A model generated the notes under the pieces. It saw only the letters and a program-made list of their open reading frames with translations. It was not told the origin of the DNA and searched no databases. Position numbers and translations under genes: made by a program. From Octopus sinensis (lineage: Eukaryota), in contig NC_043004.1 of assembly GCF_006345805.1 (NCBI RefSeq), forward strand, positions 66,960,001-67,024,000: a stretch of 64,000 nt of DNA, given 5' to 3'. The stretch's first letter is position 1. Every line of letters starts with the position of its first letter. Positions 1-13,557 of this stretch are shown one piece after another.

Positions 1-480
1 TAGAGCGTAGGCGAGAAAGATATGCCATAATATACATCTGGAAGATCTTGGAGGGAATTGTCCGAAACTTTGGCATCGAGAGTTGCACGGATGCCGGAAC
101 TGGGCGCCACTACACAGTGCCAAGGACTCCAAATTTGCCATCAAGATGTAGGATAAGATACTGTGATGGCCTGGTCTTCCGAGGCCCAAAGCTCTTCAAT
201 ATCCTCCCGAAGAACCTAAGACACCTGCATGGGGTGGATGCAGATGTCTTTAAAATTAAACTGGATCTCTTTTTGTCAGGTGTCCCAGATAAACCAACTT
301 CACGGCAGGAGGTGCAGATGAGGGCAGCTGCATCGAACTCTCTCATGCACCAAATGGCAGTTGCTAAAAAGCATTCGTGAAATAAAATCATGTAACAACA
401 CCAAATGGCGGTGCCCCAGCATGGCCACAGCTTGTGAGCTGAAACTAGATAAATAAAAATAATAAATAAATAAAATAATA
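1..480 (+). mobile_element. 3' end of a CR1/L2-type LINE (ORF2 C-terminus plus 3' tail)
   Basis: Frame reads LERRRERYAIIYIWKIL from base 1 into ORF 48-380 (GPKLFNILPKNLR..FKIKLDLFLSGVPDKP), a typical post-RT C-terminus of CR1/L2-group LINEs. It is followed by tail ggcggtgccccagcatggcc..ctgaaactag and (AATA)-rich repeats. Paralogous copies at 6365-7030 and 30185-32270. Confidence 0.8.
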
Positions 481-1028
481 TATATATATACAAAAATATA
501 TATAAACCTAACTTTACACCTTAATTCACATTTATGATTCATATTATTTGTAACCCCTTCCCTCCCGTTACCGTTATATGTATATGTATATGTGTGTGTG
601 TGTTTGTGTGTATGTGAGTGTGTATATGTGTGTGTGTGTGTGTATCATAAAAGGAGCTTTGTTAAATGCGACGTGCATCCAACCCTTTGTCTGAGTAATG
701 AGTTCCACACTCCTTTACATAAACCCGTGTAGTACGATGCGGGGCACCATTCTCAGGATAGGGTAATCGGCAGGATACGCGACATGTAATAGATGTAAAA
801 AAATAATAATTTGGCAATGGATGTGGTACGCATTGCTTTGTTGCGGATAAATGTTTCTCACGAGGCTGACGAACCGAATACATATTTCCAGAAGGAAGAT
901 TATGCAATGATATATCTTACATATTTAGTGCCCCGCAGTAAATGCCAAAATCGATGTTAAATTTTCAAATATATAGAATGCTTTCTGTTATACAAATAAT
1001 AATCATATAAAACAGCAGTTGGCATGAA

Positions 1029-1195
1029 GGCGCAATGGCCCAGGGGTTAGGGCAGCGGACTCGCGGTCGTAAGGTCGTCGTTTCGATTAATAGACCGGGC
1101 ATTGTTTGTGTTTATTGAGCAAATACATCGGGGGGGGGGCGGTGAACCCCGCTGTACTCTTTAACCACAACTTTCTCTCATTCTTTCTTCTTACT
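1029..1195 (+). mobile_element. tRNA-derived SINE, family A (5' part)
   Basis: Head ggcgcaatggccca..ggttagggcagcggactcgcggtc with A/B-box-like motifs; matches the copy at 3570. Confidence 0.8.
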
Positions 1196-2170
1196 TGTGC
1201 CACAAAGCAGAGGAACCATGGTTGAATCCACTTTGGTGTGGTAAACTTTCAGACCCTAGTCTAGATTGCGAATCCTCTGTACCCCAGGATGGTTCAGCTC
1301 TCCACCCGTTAAAACCCACCGTTTACGGAATGAGGATAACGTAGTTTTAGCGCCCGTGCAACTGCCACTCTATCGCATTCTTAGTAGCTTAGAGTAGGCT
1401 CGAATTAGATATTATTCTTTGTGACTAATGGTGTGAGTCCTGATTAGAAGAAAAAGAAGACAGCAGTTGGCAAAAATGGTATCATATAGAATGCGAATCA
1501 TGTCTGAAAATAACAATTCTGATCCAGAGAGAGAGAAAGGGAGAGAGAGTTTCCCCTTCTCACTGACTTTTATGCGATCATTATTTGCAAAGCCGAAAAC
1601 ATTTTATATATTTGGAAATTTAACATTGATTTTGGCATTTAGTGCGGGACACTAAGAGAAAGAGGAGGGAGCGAAACAGAGAGAGAAAGAGAAAGAGTGT
1701 GTGTGAGAGGAGAGAGTGATTGGGTGAGAAAGAGATTTACAGGAGAAAGAAAAACAGCAAAGTAAAGTGGGAAGGGAAACACTGATCTACGTCATAGGAG
1801 ACGGTCAGCCAGGACCATAAAACAGTTAGGGCTGTCTGAAAGAAATACACATGCTATTTATGACTTCAAAACGCAAACATATAGACTCACACGAAACCAC
1901 GCGTATGCAAATTTACATACACCCGCTCACACGCATAAAAATACATACGTACCTCCTAGATAAATACAAACGCGTGTATGAATGTAAAGGTGAGTGCATA
2001 TAAATATAAACGTGCAACTAAATACACACACATACACATATGTGTAATGACAAACAAAGAAAACCCATTCACATATAAATATTGATGCACATATACATAT
2101 ACAAACAGATGTATACATACATATAAAAATACACAGATACATATACATACATATGGATACCTACACACCC

Positions 2171-2575
2171 ATATTTCATTTCTTTATTGGCCACAGGGGA
2201 TAAACATAGGACAAACAAACGTGTCATGTCAGGTACATAGACCCCAGTGCGTAACTGGTACTTATTTAATCGACCCCGAAAGGATGAAAGGCAAACTCGA
2301 CATCGGCGGAATTTAAACTCAGAACGTAGCGGCAGCCGTAAAACCTATTTCTTTACTACCCACAAGGGGCTAAGCACAGAGAGGACGAACAAGGACTGAC
2401 AAATGGATTAAGTCGATTATATCGACCCCAGTGCGAAACTGGTACTTATTTAATCGACCCCGAAAGGATGAAAGGCAAAGTCGACCTCGGCGGAATTTGA
2501 ACTCAGAACGTAGCGGCAACCGAAATACCGTTATGCATTTCGCCCGGCGTGCTAACGTTTCTTCCATCTCGCCAC
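2171..2575 (-). mobile_element. tRNA-derived SINE, family C, tandem dimer (full unit plus headless unit)
   Basis: Reverse complement gives gagatggaagaaacgttagcacgccgggcgaaatgc..gagttcaaattccgccgaggtcgac..gtagtaaagaaata, then a second body starting ggttttacggctgccgctacg. Confidence 0.85.
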
Positions 2576-3569
2576 CCTTATACACACCCATATTTGCAAT
2601 GTGCAAAGCGGTGGGATAAACCCCAAACCATGTGGTTGGGCAGTACACAATCCTTGCTACACAGTCACAGTGAAGTTGAGAAAGAGTGGAAGTTAAATGC
2701 TTGGCACATTTTAACAGGAATATATCAAGGCAAAGCGTATTATCTTCTGTGTATACATTTATTCAAATTCAGATGACTTACTCTTCTATACGAAGCCTAG
2801 TGAACGTGCCTATTTTGTAAAGGTGAATGAACTGATTTAATTGGATTAGACATCGCTAAGACTAGCATTAATGCTGTCATATGATTAGAAAGGAAATTTT
2901 AAAATGTAAGGAAGTAAAAATTTAAGATCTTAGAAGCGAGATAAATCTAGTGAGCTATTCCTAGAGTTTAAGTAAGAGTAGAAGGAGAGGCGTTAAAGTT
3001 AAGAAGAAAATTGCTGTAGTTTGTTCGTTGCTTTGGAGTAGATCCTTCAATGAATTCTCACAATTGATAGCAGAATTGATTGAAAGAGGATAACAGCGTA
3101 ATTATTTAATATAATTGACTTTCGAATGAAAGTTCTAAAGATAATGCACATTGATTGTTTGAACGAATAAAACTTGTTTTTAGAGGAATTCCACGAATGA
3201 ACACTTATATCAACAGCACAAAACGATCATGGAAATCTTATAATCATGTGACACTGCTTCATTTAAAATTTGACTGAGATATTTCCTCGTAACTAGCAAA
3301 CGTTAATTTGTGGTACTTAAAATCTAAATGCAGGAATCAAAGGAGATGACTGTAATAAATATTGCAAATATCGATGAGGCAAAATGTTGAGAAAATATCA
3401 GTGTCAGAGACAGAAGAGGAGAGAGATCGACATGATCTCTAGAGGGAGTTTCAGTTTATTAATTTAATGGATAGCTTAATCTAACCTAATGCGAAAACCT
3501 TTTGCAGGTATATTAGTAATCGGGACATTTCTCAGAATTATTTCAGCCAACCATACTTCTATACGTGGA

Positions 3570-3884
3570 GGCACAATGGCCCAGTGGTTAGGGCAGCGGA
3601 CTCGCGGTCGGAGGATGGCTGTTTCGATTCCCAGACCGGGCGTTGTGTGTGTGCTTATTGAGCGAAAACAACTAAAAAGCTCCACGATCTCCGGCAGTGG
3701 GTGGTGGCGACCCCTGTTGTACTCTTTCACCACAACTTTCTCTCACTCTCTCTTCCTGTTTCTTGAGTAACGTTGCAATGGACTGGCGTCCCGTCCAGCG
3801 GTGGGGTGAGGGGGACACATACGCCACAGAAACCGGGAAACCGGGCCCATGTGCGTGGCCAGGCTTGAAAAGAGCGAAAAAAAA
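3570..3884 (+). mobile_element. tRNA-derived SINE, family A (near full length)
   Basis: tRNA-like head, then tactctttcaccacaactttctctcac core and ggcgtcccgtccag..gaaaccgggaaaccgggccc tail; homologous to 1029-1195 and 13997-14276. Confidence 0.85.
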
Positions 3885-4119
3885 TACTTCTGTACATCCC
3901 TGTGTATTTTATCATCGTTTTGAAATGTGTTTGTTTATTTTTTCCTAAAGAGCAAAATGACACCGACTAATTTTGAAATTCACATACACAGTCGACAATA
4001 TTTGTTGCAATACTATATAAGTATTAGCTCAGTGCAGAATACAACGAAACAAAAATACCATTCCCACAAATATTACAGTATTCATTTTCTTTTTCTTTTT
4101 AATATTTCACTATCAGACA

Positions 4120-4289
4120 TAGGTGTAGGAGTGGCTGTGTGGTAAGTAGCTTGCTTACGAACCACATGGTCCAGGTCCAGGCCCTCTGCGTGGCACCATG
4201 GGCAAGTGTTTTCTCCTATAGCCTCAGGCGGACCAAAGCCTTGTGAGTGGATTTGGTAGACGGAAACTGAAAGAAGCCCGTCGTATATA

Positions 4290-4339
<50 letters not shown>

Positions 4340-4577
4340 GATGTATATTTGTGTGTATACGTTTGTGTGTCTGTGTTTGTCCCCCCAACATCACTTGACA
4401 ACCGATGCTGGTGTGTTAGGTCCCGTAACTTAGCGGTTCAGCGAAAGAGACCCATATAATTGGTACTAGGTATACAAAGAATAAGTCCTGGGCTCGATTT
4501 GCTCTACTAAAAGGCGGTGCTGCAGCATGGCCGCAGTCGAATAACTGAAACAAGTAAAAGAATAAAAGAGTAAAAGA
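4120..4577 (+). mobile_element. tRNA-derived SINE, family B (full length, internal TA/TG microsatellite)
   Basis: Head ggagtggctgtgtggtaagtagcttgcttac, body gggcaagtg..gaccaaagccttgtgagtggatttggtagacggaaactgaaag, tail ggcggtgctgcagcatggccgcagtc..gaaacaagtaaaagaataaaag. At least five further copies in the window. Confidence 0.9.
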
Positions 4578-4578
4578 G

Positions 4579-4685
4579 ACGCTCCGGGCAAAATGCTAAG
4601 CGTCATTTCGGCGCTTATGCTCTGAGTTTAAATTCCGCCGACGTTGATATTGCTTTTCATCATTGTGGAGTCTTTAAAATAATTA
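4579..4685 (+). mobile_element. SINE family C fragment abutting the SINE-B tail
   Basis: ccgggcaaaatgctaagcg..ctctgagttt..aattccgccgacgttga matches the family C head/body. Confidence 0.65.
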
Positions 4686-5300
4686 CTAACTTAGCAGTTA
4701 TGTCGATGAAATCGCCGTACTCTCTCTGAAGCAATAATTGGCCTTGTCCTAAAAATTTTATACCTATATTTCATAATCCGTGAAGTAAGAGAGTAGACCA
4801 TATCAATCCGTATGGCGTTAAAATAATTTTACTTCAGTATGTAATTACGCTCCTTTACTTTCTGATTTTATATGAATATCGCATTATTTCTTGTTTTGCG
4901 GATGTTTATATAATAAAGTACAAGTTATGGTAGACTTTTCAAAATTATCTTACACCCGAAATATGAGGCTTTGTATCAAAATTAACTATACCAGACCGCC
5001 TGGGAGAAATTAGGTGAGACGCATCGATATCGAAAAATTAACAATTAAATATTTTCCGCATGTTTCTACGATTACTTCCCGGTTTATCCGTCAAGTGAAC
5101 GTTCCACTCCCTTACAAGTAACATTTACTTAATTATCAGGCGAAATATAAGATTCCGACTGGTTAGTTACATACAGATTTTGCCACCTATAATTTGTCAA
5201 AATATTTGGTTAAACTCCAGTCTATAGTGTAGAAAACGTTTGCAAGACGTCCAGTAGTACGATAAAAAGGGAGTTCTCTATTGCAAAGCAAGCTTCTAAA

Positions 5301-5474
5301 AAGTCGGTTATACAGTTCTACATTGAAGAGATGAAGAATTATGTACATTATTTACATTATTTACATTATTTACAGAAGGCTGGATGGTATATAGGCCGAA
5401 ACGTTTTCTTAACAACAAACAAGATGAAAGACAAATATCCGTCATATGTAAATAATGTAAATAAAGTCGGTTAT
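5301..5474 (+). mobile_element. Miniature Penelope-type insertion with target duplication, internal inversion and hammerhead-like motif
   Basis: aagtcggttat at 5301-5311 and 5464-5474. (ttacattat)n at about 5345-5374 is the reverse complement of the terminal tgtaaataatgtaaat. The motif gaaggc..gccgaaacgtt resembles stem II-GAAAC of PLE hammerheads. Confidence 0.55.
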
Positions 5475-5651
5475 TTCGTGTATATTTTACTTCATTTGAG
5501 TTGGTAATATTCAATTACATTCAATAAAAGCATTATCAAAAACTAAACCAACACAGGATTATTTAATTTTCTATGGATATTTAGAACTAGCCTCTCAAAC
5601 ACGTAATTACTAAAGAACTTGTATAAGTTCTGAAACATTTACTCACTTTAG

Positions 5652-5995
5652 TATTGGGTTGTCCGGAAAATTTGTGCCGATTTTTAAAGGAAAGAAAAGG
5701 TCAATAGATACTTGCCATTACATTTATTGCACAATGCACAATGCGTCTCCATCCTTCCTTTAACTTGAAAATACTCTCTTCCTAGAATTGAGGTGGTTTC
5801 ATGGCAAAGAATTCATCAAGGTATCATTTTATGTCATCCAAGGAATTGAAATTTTTACCATTAAGACTATTCTGAAGAGACCTGAATAAGTGGAAATCCG
5901 AAGGAGCAATATCTGGTGAATATGGAGGGTGGGGTAACACATCTCAGCCGAGCTGCAGCAATTCTTGTCTGGTTCCCAAAGGATCAAGTGCCGGA
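5652..5995 (-). mobile_element. mariner transposon remnant (3' end and TIR)
   Basis: Minus strand translates HPPYSPDIAPSDFHLFRSLQNSLNGKNFNSLDDIK*YLDEFFAMKPPQF*EESIFKLKEGWRRIV (mariner YSPDxAPxD motif, with stops). Ends in TA-ttgggttgtccggaaa TIR. Confidence 0.85.
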
Positions 5996-6364
5996 AATAC
6001 ACACACACACACACCCACACACATACACACACATGCACACACACACACATACATATAATTCCTTAGTATGACAATAAACTGCATCCAGTGGCAAAGCTCC
6101 ATTTCAGGAGTTCAGGAGCTGTGGGGAATGTGGAGTTACCCTTTAGTTTCGTTCTTCCCAGGTCTGCTCTGGCCCAGTGTAGTAGTACCTGTTAGAGTCC
6201 CATTTATGTGTTAAATAATTACCTTACGCAAGAGGCGCAGGTAGAGTGTTATTAGGCATTGAAAGTAACCATGGAGAGTATACGTAACAGCATTACTTTA
6301 GAGCCCCCAACTACACTGTCAAGGAGAAGTCTGGTCGTAACTGTTCAACTGGTTTAGAGCCACA

Positions 6365-7030
6365 GGGTTGGGTCCTGAGAACCTTAAAAGACAGAGAGAA
6401 GGAAATCATGATGGTTCTCTGGAAGACACTCGCCATCAGCCGCCTGGACTACTGCTCCCAACTATGGTCACCACACAAAGTAAAATTAACAGCAGACCAT
6501 GAAGCAATCCAGTGAAGCTACACAAAGAAGATCGTCTCATTTCAACAGCTCAGCTACTGAGAAAGGCTGAAAGAGCTAACTGTCTACACCTCGGAGTGAA
6601 AACGGGAGAGATATACACTAAGATGCATCAGAAAGATCCTGGGATTGTGTCAAATTTTGGCATTGAAAGCTACACATACACCAGAACAGATCACCTATGC
6701 ACAATACCAAACATCCTAACAATACAGTCGTGCTTCATGACCAGTTACTTCAACATCTTGGGTTTGAATGGCCCACAGCTTTTTAATATTCTCCCAAAAA
6801 TCTTGAGGGACCAACGCAAAGTGGATGTAGCTTTCAAAACAAACCTGGCTGCTTCCCTATCGAGAGTCCCAGATGAACCTAGCCCGCCTCAAGAGGCACA
6901 AACGAGGGCAGCGACATCAACCTCTCTTATTCACTAAATATCACTGGAGGCTCTCAGTAATAAAAACGCGGCAAAATGGCCTGACCCCAGCATAGTAGCA
7001 GTTTTGAGCTGAAACCGCTGGAAAAAAGGG
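6365..7030 (+). mobile_element. CR1/L2-type LINE 3' remnant
   Basis: GWVLRTLKDREKEIMMVLWKTLAISRLDYCSQLWSPHK, then GPQLFNILPKILRD..SRVPDEP (ORF 6512-6937); tail aaaatggcctgaccccagcatag..gagctgaaac like 403-450. Confidence 0.8.
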
Positions 7031-7283
7031 ATACGTTAATCCTGAAAAATAACCGCCCTGACACCCTTCATTTATTTCGGAATGCGATTTTGTACATGTT
7101 GGAAAAAGGTCAATAGGTCCCTCCAGAGGGCCGCAAGAGACTCGGGACAACTTCCATTGTACTCGCCCTGAAATTTTACGCAAGAATTAGCTTCTAGTTT
7201 CTATATCGAAGCTGTAGTATTGCTTCGTATAGAAGGAAAAAATCTCTCTCTCTCACACACATACACATCCATTTTTATTATAT

Positions 7284-7456
7284 GGGGTGGGGCAGTCGAT
7301 TAGATCGATCCAGTACACCACTGGTACTTAATTTATCGACCCCGAAAGACAAAAGGCAAAGTCGACCTCGGCGGAATTTGAACTTAGAACGTAAAGGCAG
7401 ACGAAACATCGCTAAGTATTTTGCCCAGCGTGGTTACGTTTCTCCCAGCTCACCAC
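7284..7456 (-). mobile_element. SINE family C
   Basis: Reverse complement of gagctgggagaaacgtaacc..aagttcaaattccgccgaggtcgactttgcc..ggggtcgataaattaagtaccag. Confidence 0.8.
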
Positions 7457-7586
7457 CTTCAGTTGGTTTCATATTGAGAAAGTTACCAGTCTGAACACGA
7501 AAGAAATATCAGTCTGGTTAAACCCGCAAATAAAGAATATTTACCTACTAATGCGGTGTTTTGCTCTCATTCTCACTGTTCCATGC

Positions 7587-7621
<35 letters not shown>

Positions 7622-9423
7622 TATATCTATATATAATACGTACACAATAGCAATATCCAATATGAGGGACTTTGACTACCATTTGTAAGCGTTCAAACGT
7701 CTTCCTTCATTAGCACACGATAAGATTTGGTGTCCGCACTTGCCTCTGGCATTTCCTTTAAACTAAATGAGAAGTTGTTTATGCTTAATGATTTGACAGA
7801 GTACCAAGCGAAACGAGTAGAATTAGCTTTGCATTGTGGAGGCTGAAAAAGCGACGAAACCTCATAATCATGGTCCCGTTCTTAGAATAATACAAATGTA
7901 TCGGGCAAAATTATTTACGCATGATATGGTTTAAATTACAAGTATTGTATATAGCTGTGCATAAAATTAAAAGAAAATAAATCCATCTATTCGCATTGAA
8001 ATACGTGACAGAGAGCATTTTCAACATTTGAGGTGGGTAGGGTTCTCAAAATTCTTAATGGCACTTTTATCTGCTTTGTAAAAATGTAAGATCAACAGCA
8101 CCGTCATAGTCGAGGAAGCAATGTTCCATAATACGAAAGATATATTTATGAAACGAAATATCTGTTGGCACAGATATGGTGAAAACAATAAAACTACATA
8201 AATTACGGATGCCAAGTAGTACGAGAAGAGGGCCTATATCCGCCACTGAAATTCGAACTTGTCGATAAAATTAAGACTAATGTATTAGCCACCGCCACTG
8301 GCAACTTGGCTTCAGTTGCTGGTGACAAAATCAGAAAGGGATATCAAACCCCGATGTTTCAAATGAATACTCATCGAAGTGAGGTGCCAATGATAATGTT
8401 TCCGAATATATTTTTGAAGATAAATGGAATAATATACAGTAAGTTGTAGGGAACAGAATATTTTTGTCAACATATTGTATTGTTTCTATTCAAAAGAAGA
8501 TATCAAATCTACATGTTTACATAATTATTATGTTTCATATATTTTTGAAAACATTCTAACTCAAATCCCGAGTAGATGATCTTAATGCGCGTTCGCAGAT
8601 AATTATCCGATTGTATTTTATTCTAAAAGAAATTTGATGTATTTTTGTTCCACGAAGACGTTATTTACGACTTTTCAAAACGATTTATGAGAAGATACGA
8701 AGAAGCATATATTTACCCGAGAACAGTGAAAGATATTACTACTACAGAAGCCAAACTATCGGTTTACAGAAAGTTTACAGTTAAAACTGAATGTGAGATA
8801 AATACAAACTTCATTTAGTGTACATAATGCAACATCCCTTTAGGAGATAAAACGAAGTGAAACAAAAATTGTAACTCCAAATTACCTGGTGTCAATGTTT
8901 TAGTAATTTTACTTTTCTTTCATTTAATCTAACATTTCTGTTCTGAAAGAAATATTACGAAGGTGTCCATAGTGAATTGTGTGCATACATGCACGAAGAA
9001 GCGAAGTTTAAACGGAAATATATACATAAATATAATCGAGGGTATGTACAAAAGTATTCAAATGACTTGAGCTCGAGAGAGACATCTTACTGCCAAAGGA
9101 CTGCGAATGTACACCACCCCATGCAGTTGCAGGCTTTCTTTATCGGTTTCAGCTCATTAGACTACAACGCATGCAGCCACAGACACACACGCACAGAAAC
9201 ACACACACATATACACATACGCTCACACACACACACACATATTAATGCAAACATACTTATGTACATGGATGTATATATATACTTATACATATATATATTT
9301 ATACATGTTATATAAAAGTATATATATCTATAGATATATGTATATAAATATATACATACAAATATCTTTATACATATATATATGGACATAAACACATATA
9401 TTTATATACACACACACACACAC

Positions 9424-9528
<105 letters not shown>

Positions 9529-10701
9529 ATATGAATATATATATAGACACACATATACATATATATTCTATATTATGCATTATGCTCTATCTCCTCATTT
9601 GTAACACGAAAACGTTCATGTTTGTGGGAGGGTTTCTGTGTGTATGCGTATGAGTTTGTGCGTGTGTGTGACTGTGTGCGTGTCTATGTGCATGTAAGTG
9701 CGTGTTTGTGCATCTGCATATTCTGTATATGTCTTGAGAAATGTCAAACCAGCGATAACTAGGTTCATTGCGTTGTACATTCAGACAATAGGAATTAATT
9801 AAAATTGAGCAATGAAATGATTCAGCGAAGAATATGTTGCTCTAACTTGAAAAATGGACAATAGAATGTACAAGATAATTTTATTTTCTAAGAATTAATT
9901 TACACTTAATTACATAAGTTAATTGAATTTAATTTGATCACATCATATTCTTTATTATATTGTCTAGAAGACATTCTGAAACTTATTTAATGTATGTTTT
10001 AACAAGTTGTCTCATGATAACACTGTATCATTTGCATTATTTCAGAAAAGTGCATATTTGGTAACCTAGAGACAGCGGTATTATTGTTACTTGAATATAA
10101 AGCTATTGTGAAGTTGGAAGCGTCGTGTCATAGATGTGTCTTAGAACATACATAATTTTTATAAACGCATAATATATACATACACAGACATACACTCATG
10201 CACACACACACGCACGCACACACACACACACACGCACTTACAAACACATACACACACATATGCATATGAATGAATATATATCCTTATCACATCCTGTTTT
10301 TCAAATTACAAGTCAGCGTGAGTCGGTTGGGTTATGAAATGCAATATATGAAGTCAGTTATTTGGAATACAAACATTCGGTGGTTTTTGTAGGAACGGTT
10401 AATTTCAGATGGAAAAAAGAGAGAAAAGGAAATTGAAAGAAGGGGAAAGATAGAAAATCGCACAAGTGCTAGGAGATGTCGTTGAGTCGTTGGATGATAG
10501 GTTATCCATAATTTTGCATAGGTTAACCTCTGAAATTGAACTGACAGTTCGTAGGGCGGCAACGTACGCATTGATACCTTAACATTCACTCCCATCACAG
10601 GCACTTCATAGCAAACCACATTTAACAGCATAATTGAACACATAAGTAGCAGGAAGATCAGATTATCGATAGAAAATTGATCATGAAGATGCATGAATAA
10701 T

Positions 10702-11104
10702 GGAGTGACTGTGTGGTAAGTAGCTTGCTTACCAACCACATGGTTCCAGGTTCATTCCCACTGGGTGACACCTCGAGCAGCTGTCTTCTACTATTGCTTC
10801 GGGCCGACCAAAGCCTTGTGCGAGGATTTGGCAGACGGAAACTGAACGAAGCCCGTCGTATATATGTTTATATATATGTATGTGTGTGTATATGTATGTG
10901 GGTCTTTGTTTCTCCCCCAACATCGCTTGACAACAGATGGTGGTGTGTTTACGTCCCCGTAACTTAGCGGTTCGGCAAAAGAGACCGATAGAATAAGTAT
11001 TAGGCTATCAACGAATATGTCCTGGGTTCGATTTGCTCGAAAAAAGGCGGTGCTCCAGCATGGCCTCAGTCAAATGACTGAAACAAGTAAAAGAGTAAAA
11101 GAGA
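10702..11104 (+). mobile_element. SINE family B (full length)
   Basis: Same head, body, internal microsatellite and tail as 4120-4577. Confidence 0.9.
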
Positions 11105-11683
11105 GCACTAATCTTAGTAGTAATAGTGAAATTTACTAACTTATACTTTAATAGGAGAATCACTTAGTGCAATTCACTCATTTTCTTTTTCTGTTTATAT
11201 CTTTTCAAATTCTGGAATGATTTACTCAATATTCCATTCACACTTCCGCATTTAATATCTTTGCTTAAAACACATTTTAATGCTAGTATTTTATTTTAGG
11301 AAATATTTGCTGTTTATAACAAATATTTCTTTTTCACTCGAAGATAAAATGTTTCCCTTTTCCTGAAACACAAATCAATTAAATGTTGCTTCAAGACAAT
11401 GAATTTTTCCAGGCAACAAATAGTATTTTTATTGTGTAAGCACCTCTAACAATATATGCACACACATAAGCACACATACGCACATACTCACTCACACATA
11501 CATACACACACACACACACTTACCCACACATACAGACACATGCGTATTTGAGCGCATATACAAATACAAGAAAACACACGCACCTCCACACATATACACA
11601 TTTATAAAATATATATATATATATGTATATACATGGATATGTATATACTATATATATATATATAAAGAGAGAGAGAGAGAGCT

Positions 11684-11690
11684 AGATAGG

Positions 11691-11763
<73 letters not shown>
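11684..11763. repeat. (GATA)n microsatellite
   Basis: Directly visible pure tetranucleotide run. Confidence 0.95.
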
Positions 11764-12622
11764 TTGAATATATACTATATGAATATGAATGCACGTTTGT
11801 ATAAATGTCATATGTATTCGCCCATCCACATACATAGAAAGTTCCATGCCTCGGCATACGGTATACAAACACTGACACAAATATGCAAACGTATTATGTA
11901 TTTCTCTTCTTTCTGCAAAAGATTTCATCAAGTAACAGAAAATAACAACAAAAATCGAAAGGAAAACGCTTATATGCACCAAGTCAGCAGCATGCGTATA
12001 ATTACTACACAGATAAACCCACACGTACACACATACACACATATGCATACAGGCACATATATAGACACATAGATATATCTATGTATAAATATGTGTACAT
12101 ATATATGCAAGCGTATTGACAATCTTAACGATGCAAGTATTAACAAAACTGCTCGCATACAGAAAGAACTACATCGCCATAGCATAAATCTTGAATACCA
12201 TTGCGTATACATAAATACAAAACACGCACACGTGAATACAACATACGCACACAATAACACCAACTACATGTACTGTGCATATTTATTCTCGGTGACAAGT
12301 ATGCTTTACCATACAATCTTTTGTGTAACATTTAGTTTTCTTTCCGTATGTATTTGGAAATCATAACCTCCGGTTAACCCTAAAATATTCCATGAATTGA
12401 GATTGCGATTGCTGTAATTTCATTTTCCCTGAAGGGCAAAGTGTTTAATAATCACAAGGATATATTTAGAAAAAGTGAATAATACGAAGTAAATGGGGAA
12501 AAAAATATGTTCCATGAAGTTGCCTAAGGTTTAGCATATTTTAGAAAATACTAGCTTTTCTCAAATCTGTTCTGCAACGATAGAAAGTTTCATATTTATT
12601 GTAGAAACCAAAGTAGCATCAG

Positions 12623-12662
<40 letters not shown>

Positions 12663-12670
12663 AATCTAAA

Positions 12671-12715
<45 letters not shown>

Positions 12716-12864
12716 TGCATGTGTTTCTGTGTTTAAGTGTGTATGTTCGTGCCTCTGTGTATGTGTGCGTGTGTGTAATATATTATATAATATTTGCCAT
12801 AGGCTAGATGAAAAGGAATATCTGTACAAAACAATATATATGAATGGTTGTTCTCTTCTGTTTT

Positions 12865-13500
12865 TAATTATTTCAATTCTTCCTGAGAGAAAAGAGTTGG
12901 TTTCAAGGAAAGATGGAAACCTCCATCTTTGAAAAGTATATAACAAAAACAATATCATATTTTAAAATTTTTTTCAAAAATCTTGCATGCTTTTACTGTT
13001 CGATGTACAAATTGTATTCGTCATATGCAATTTGGTTGATTTACCTTTCTGAAAATCCTTGTTTGTCCCATTTGTCAGTGGGGAATTTACTCAGAAAGTC
13101 GAATACTGTTGGTATAAATGGGAATTTATAATCTGGATATAGAAGATAGAAGTGTTGAAGCAGTTATCTATAGTTATCTCCTTTCTCTTTGATATATACG
13201 TCAGCGATCAGCTGACCACTATGATGGTACATACGTTTTCTTGTCTGACCCAAACAACAATATTTGACCTGTTAGGTTTACAGATGACACGTTTTGATTG
13301 CAATGATACACCAATATTCCTTCTCTTAATGTTTCTGCATGAATTCAAAGATAGGGAGATTCTGTATATTTATTCGCGGACAGTCTTTTTTTTCTTCTGA
13401 AAAGCCTTCTGTGTAGTTTTTCTGATGACATCGTGATCATGACATGTGGGACGTCTTCCATGGAAATATGACATTTTAGTTTACATTTTACAGCTGCAGG
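12865..13500 (-). mobile_element. Degenerate RLE-class (R2/NeSL/R4-like) LINE C-terminal fragment
   Basis: Minus strand gives CKLKCHISMEDVPHVM (zinc-finger-like) and KPNRSNIVVWVRQENVCTIIVVS*SL (decayed NRPDIVV..IEVSCP restriction-like endonuclease motif); many stops. Confidence 0.5.
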
Positions 13501-13557
13501 GTCTTCATTTAGCAGTTCAAACAAGTACTGATGTATTATGCAGTAGGCTAAAATAAT

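Noticed and set aside
3570-3645. tRNA genes
   Set aside because: tRNA-like heads (also at 1029, 4127, 10702, 24355, 41423 and others) continue into SINE bodies, lack a clean cloverleaf and are multi-copy and decayed.
6075-6210. Possible additional SINE/LINE tail fragment
   Set aside because: It resembles an interspersed repeat from memory, but there is no second copy in the window to support it.
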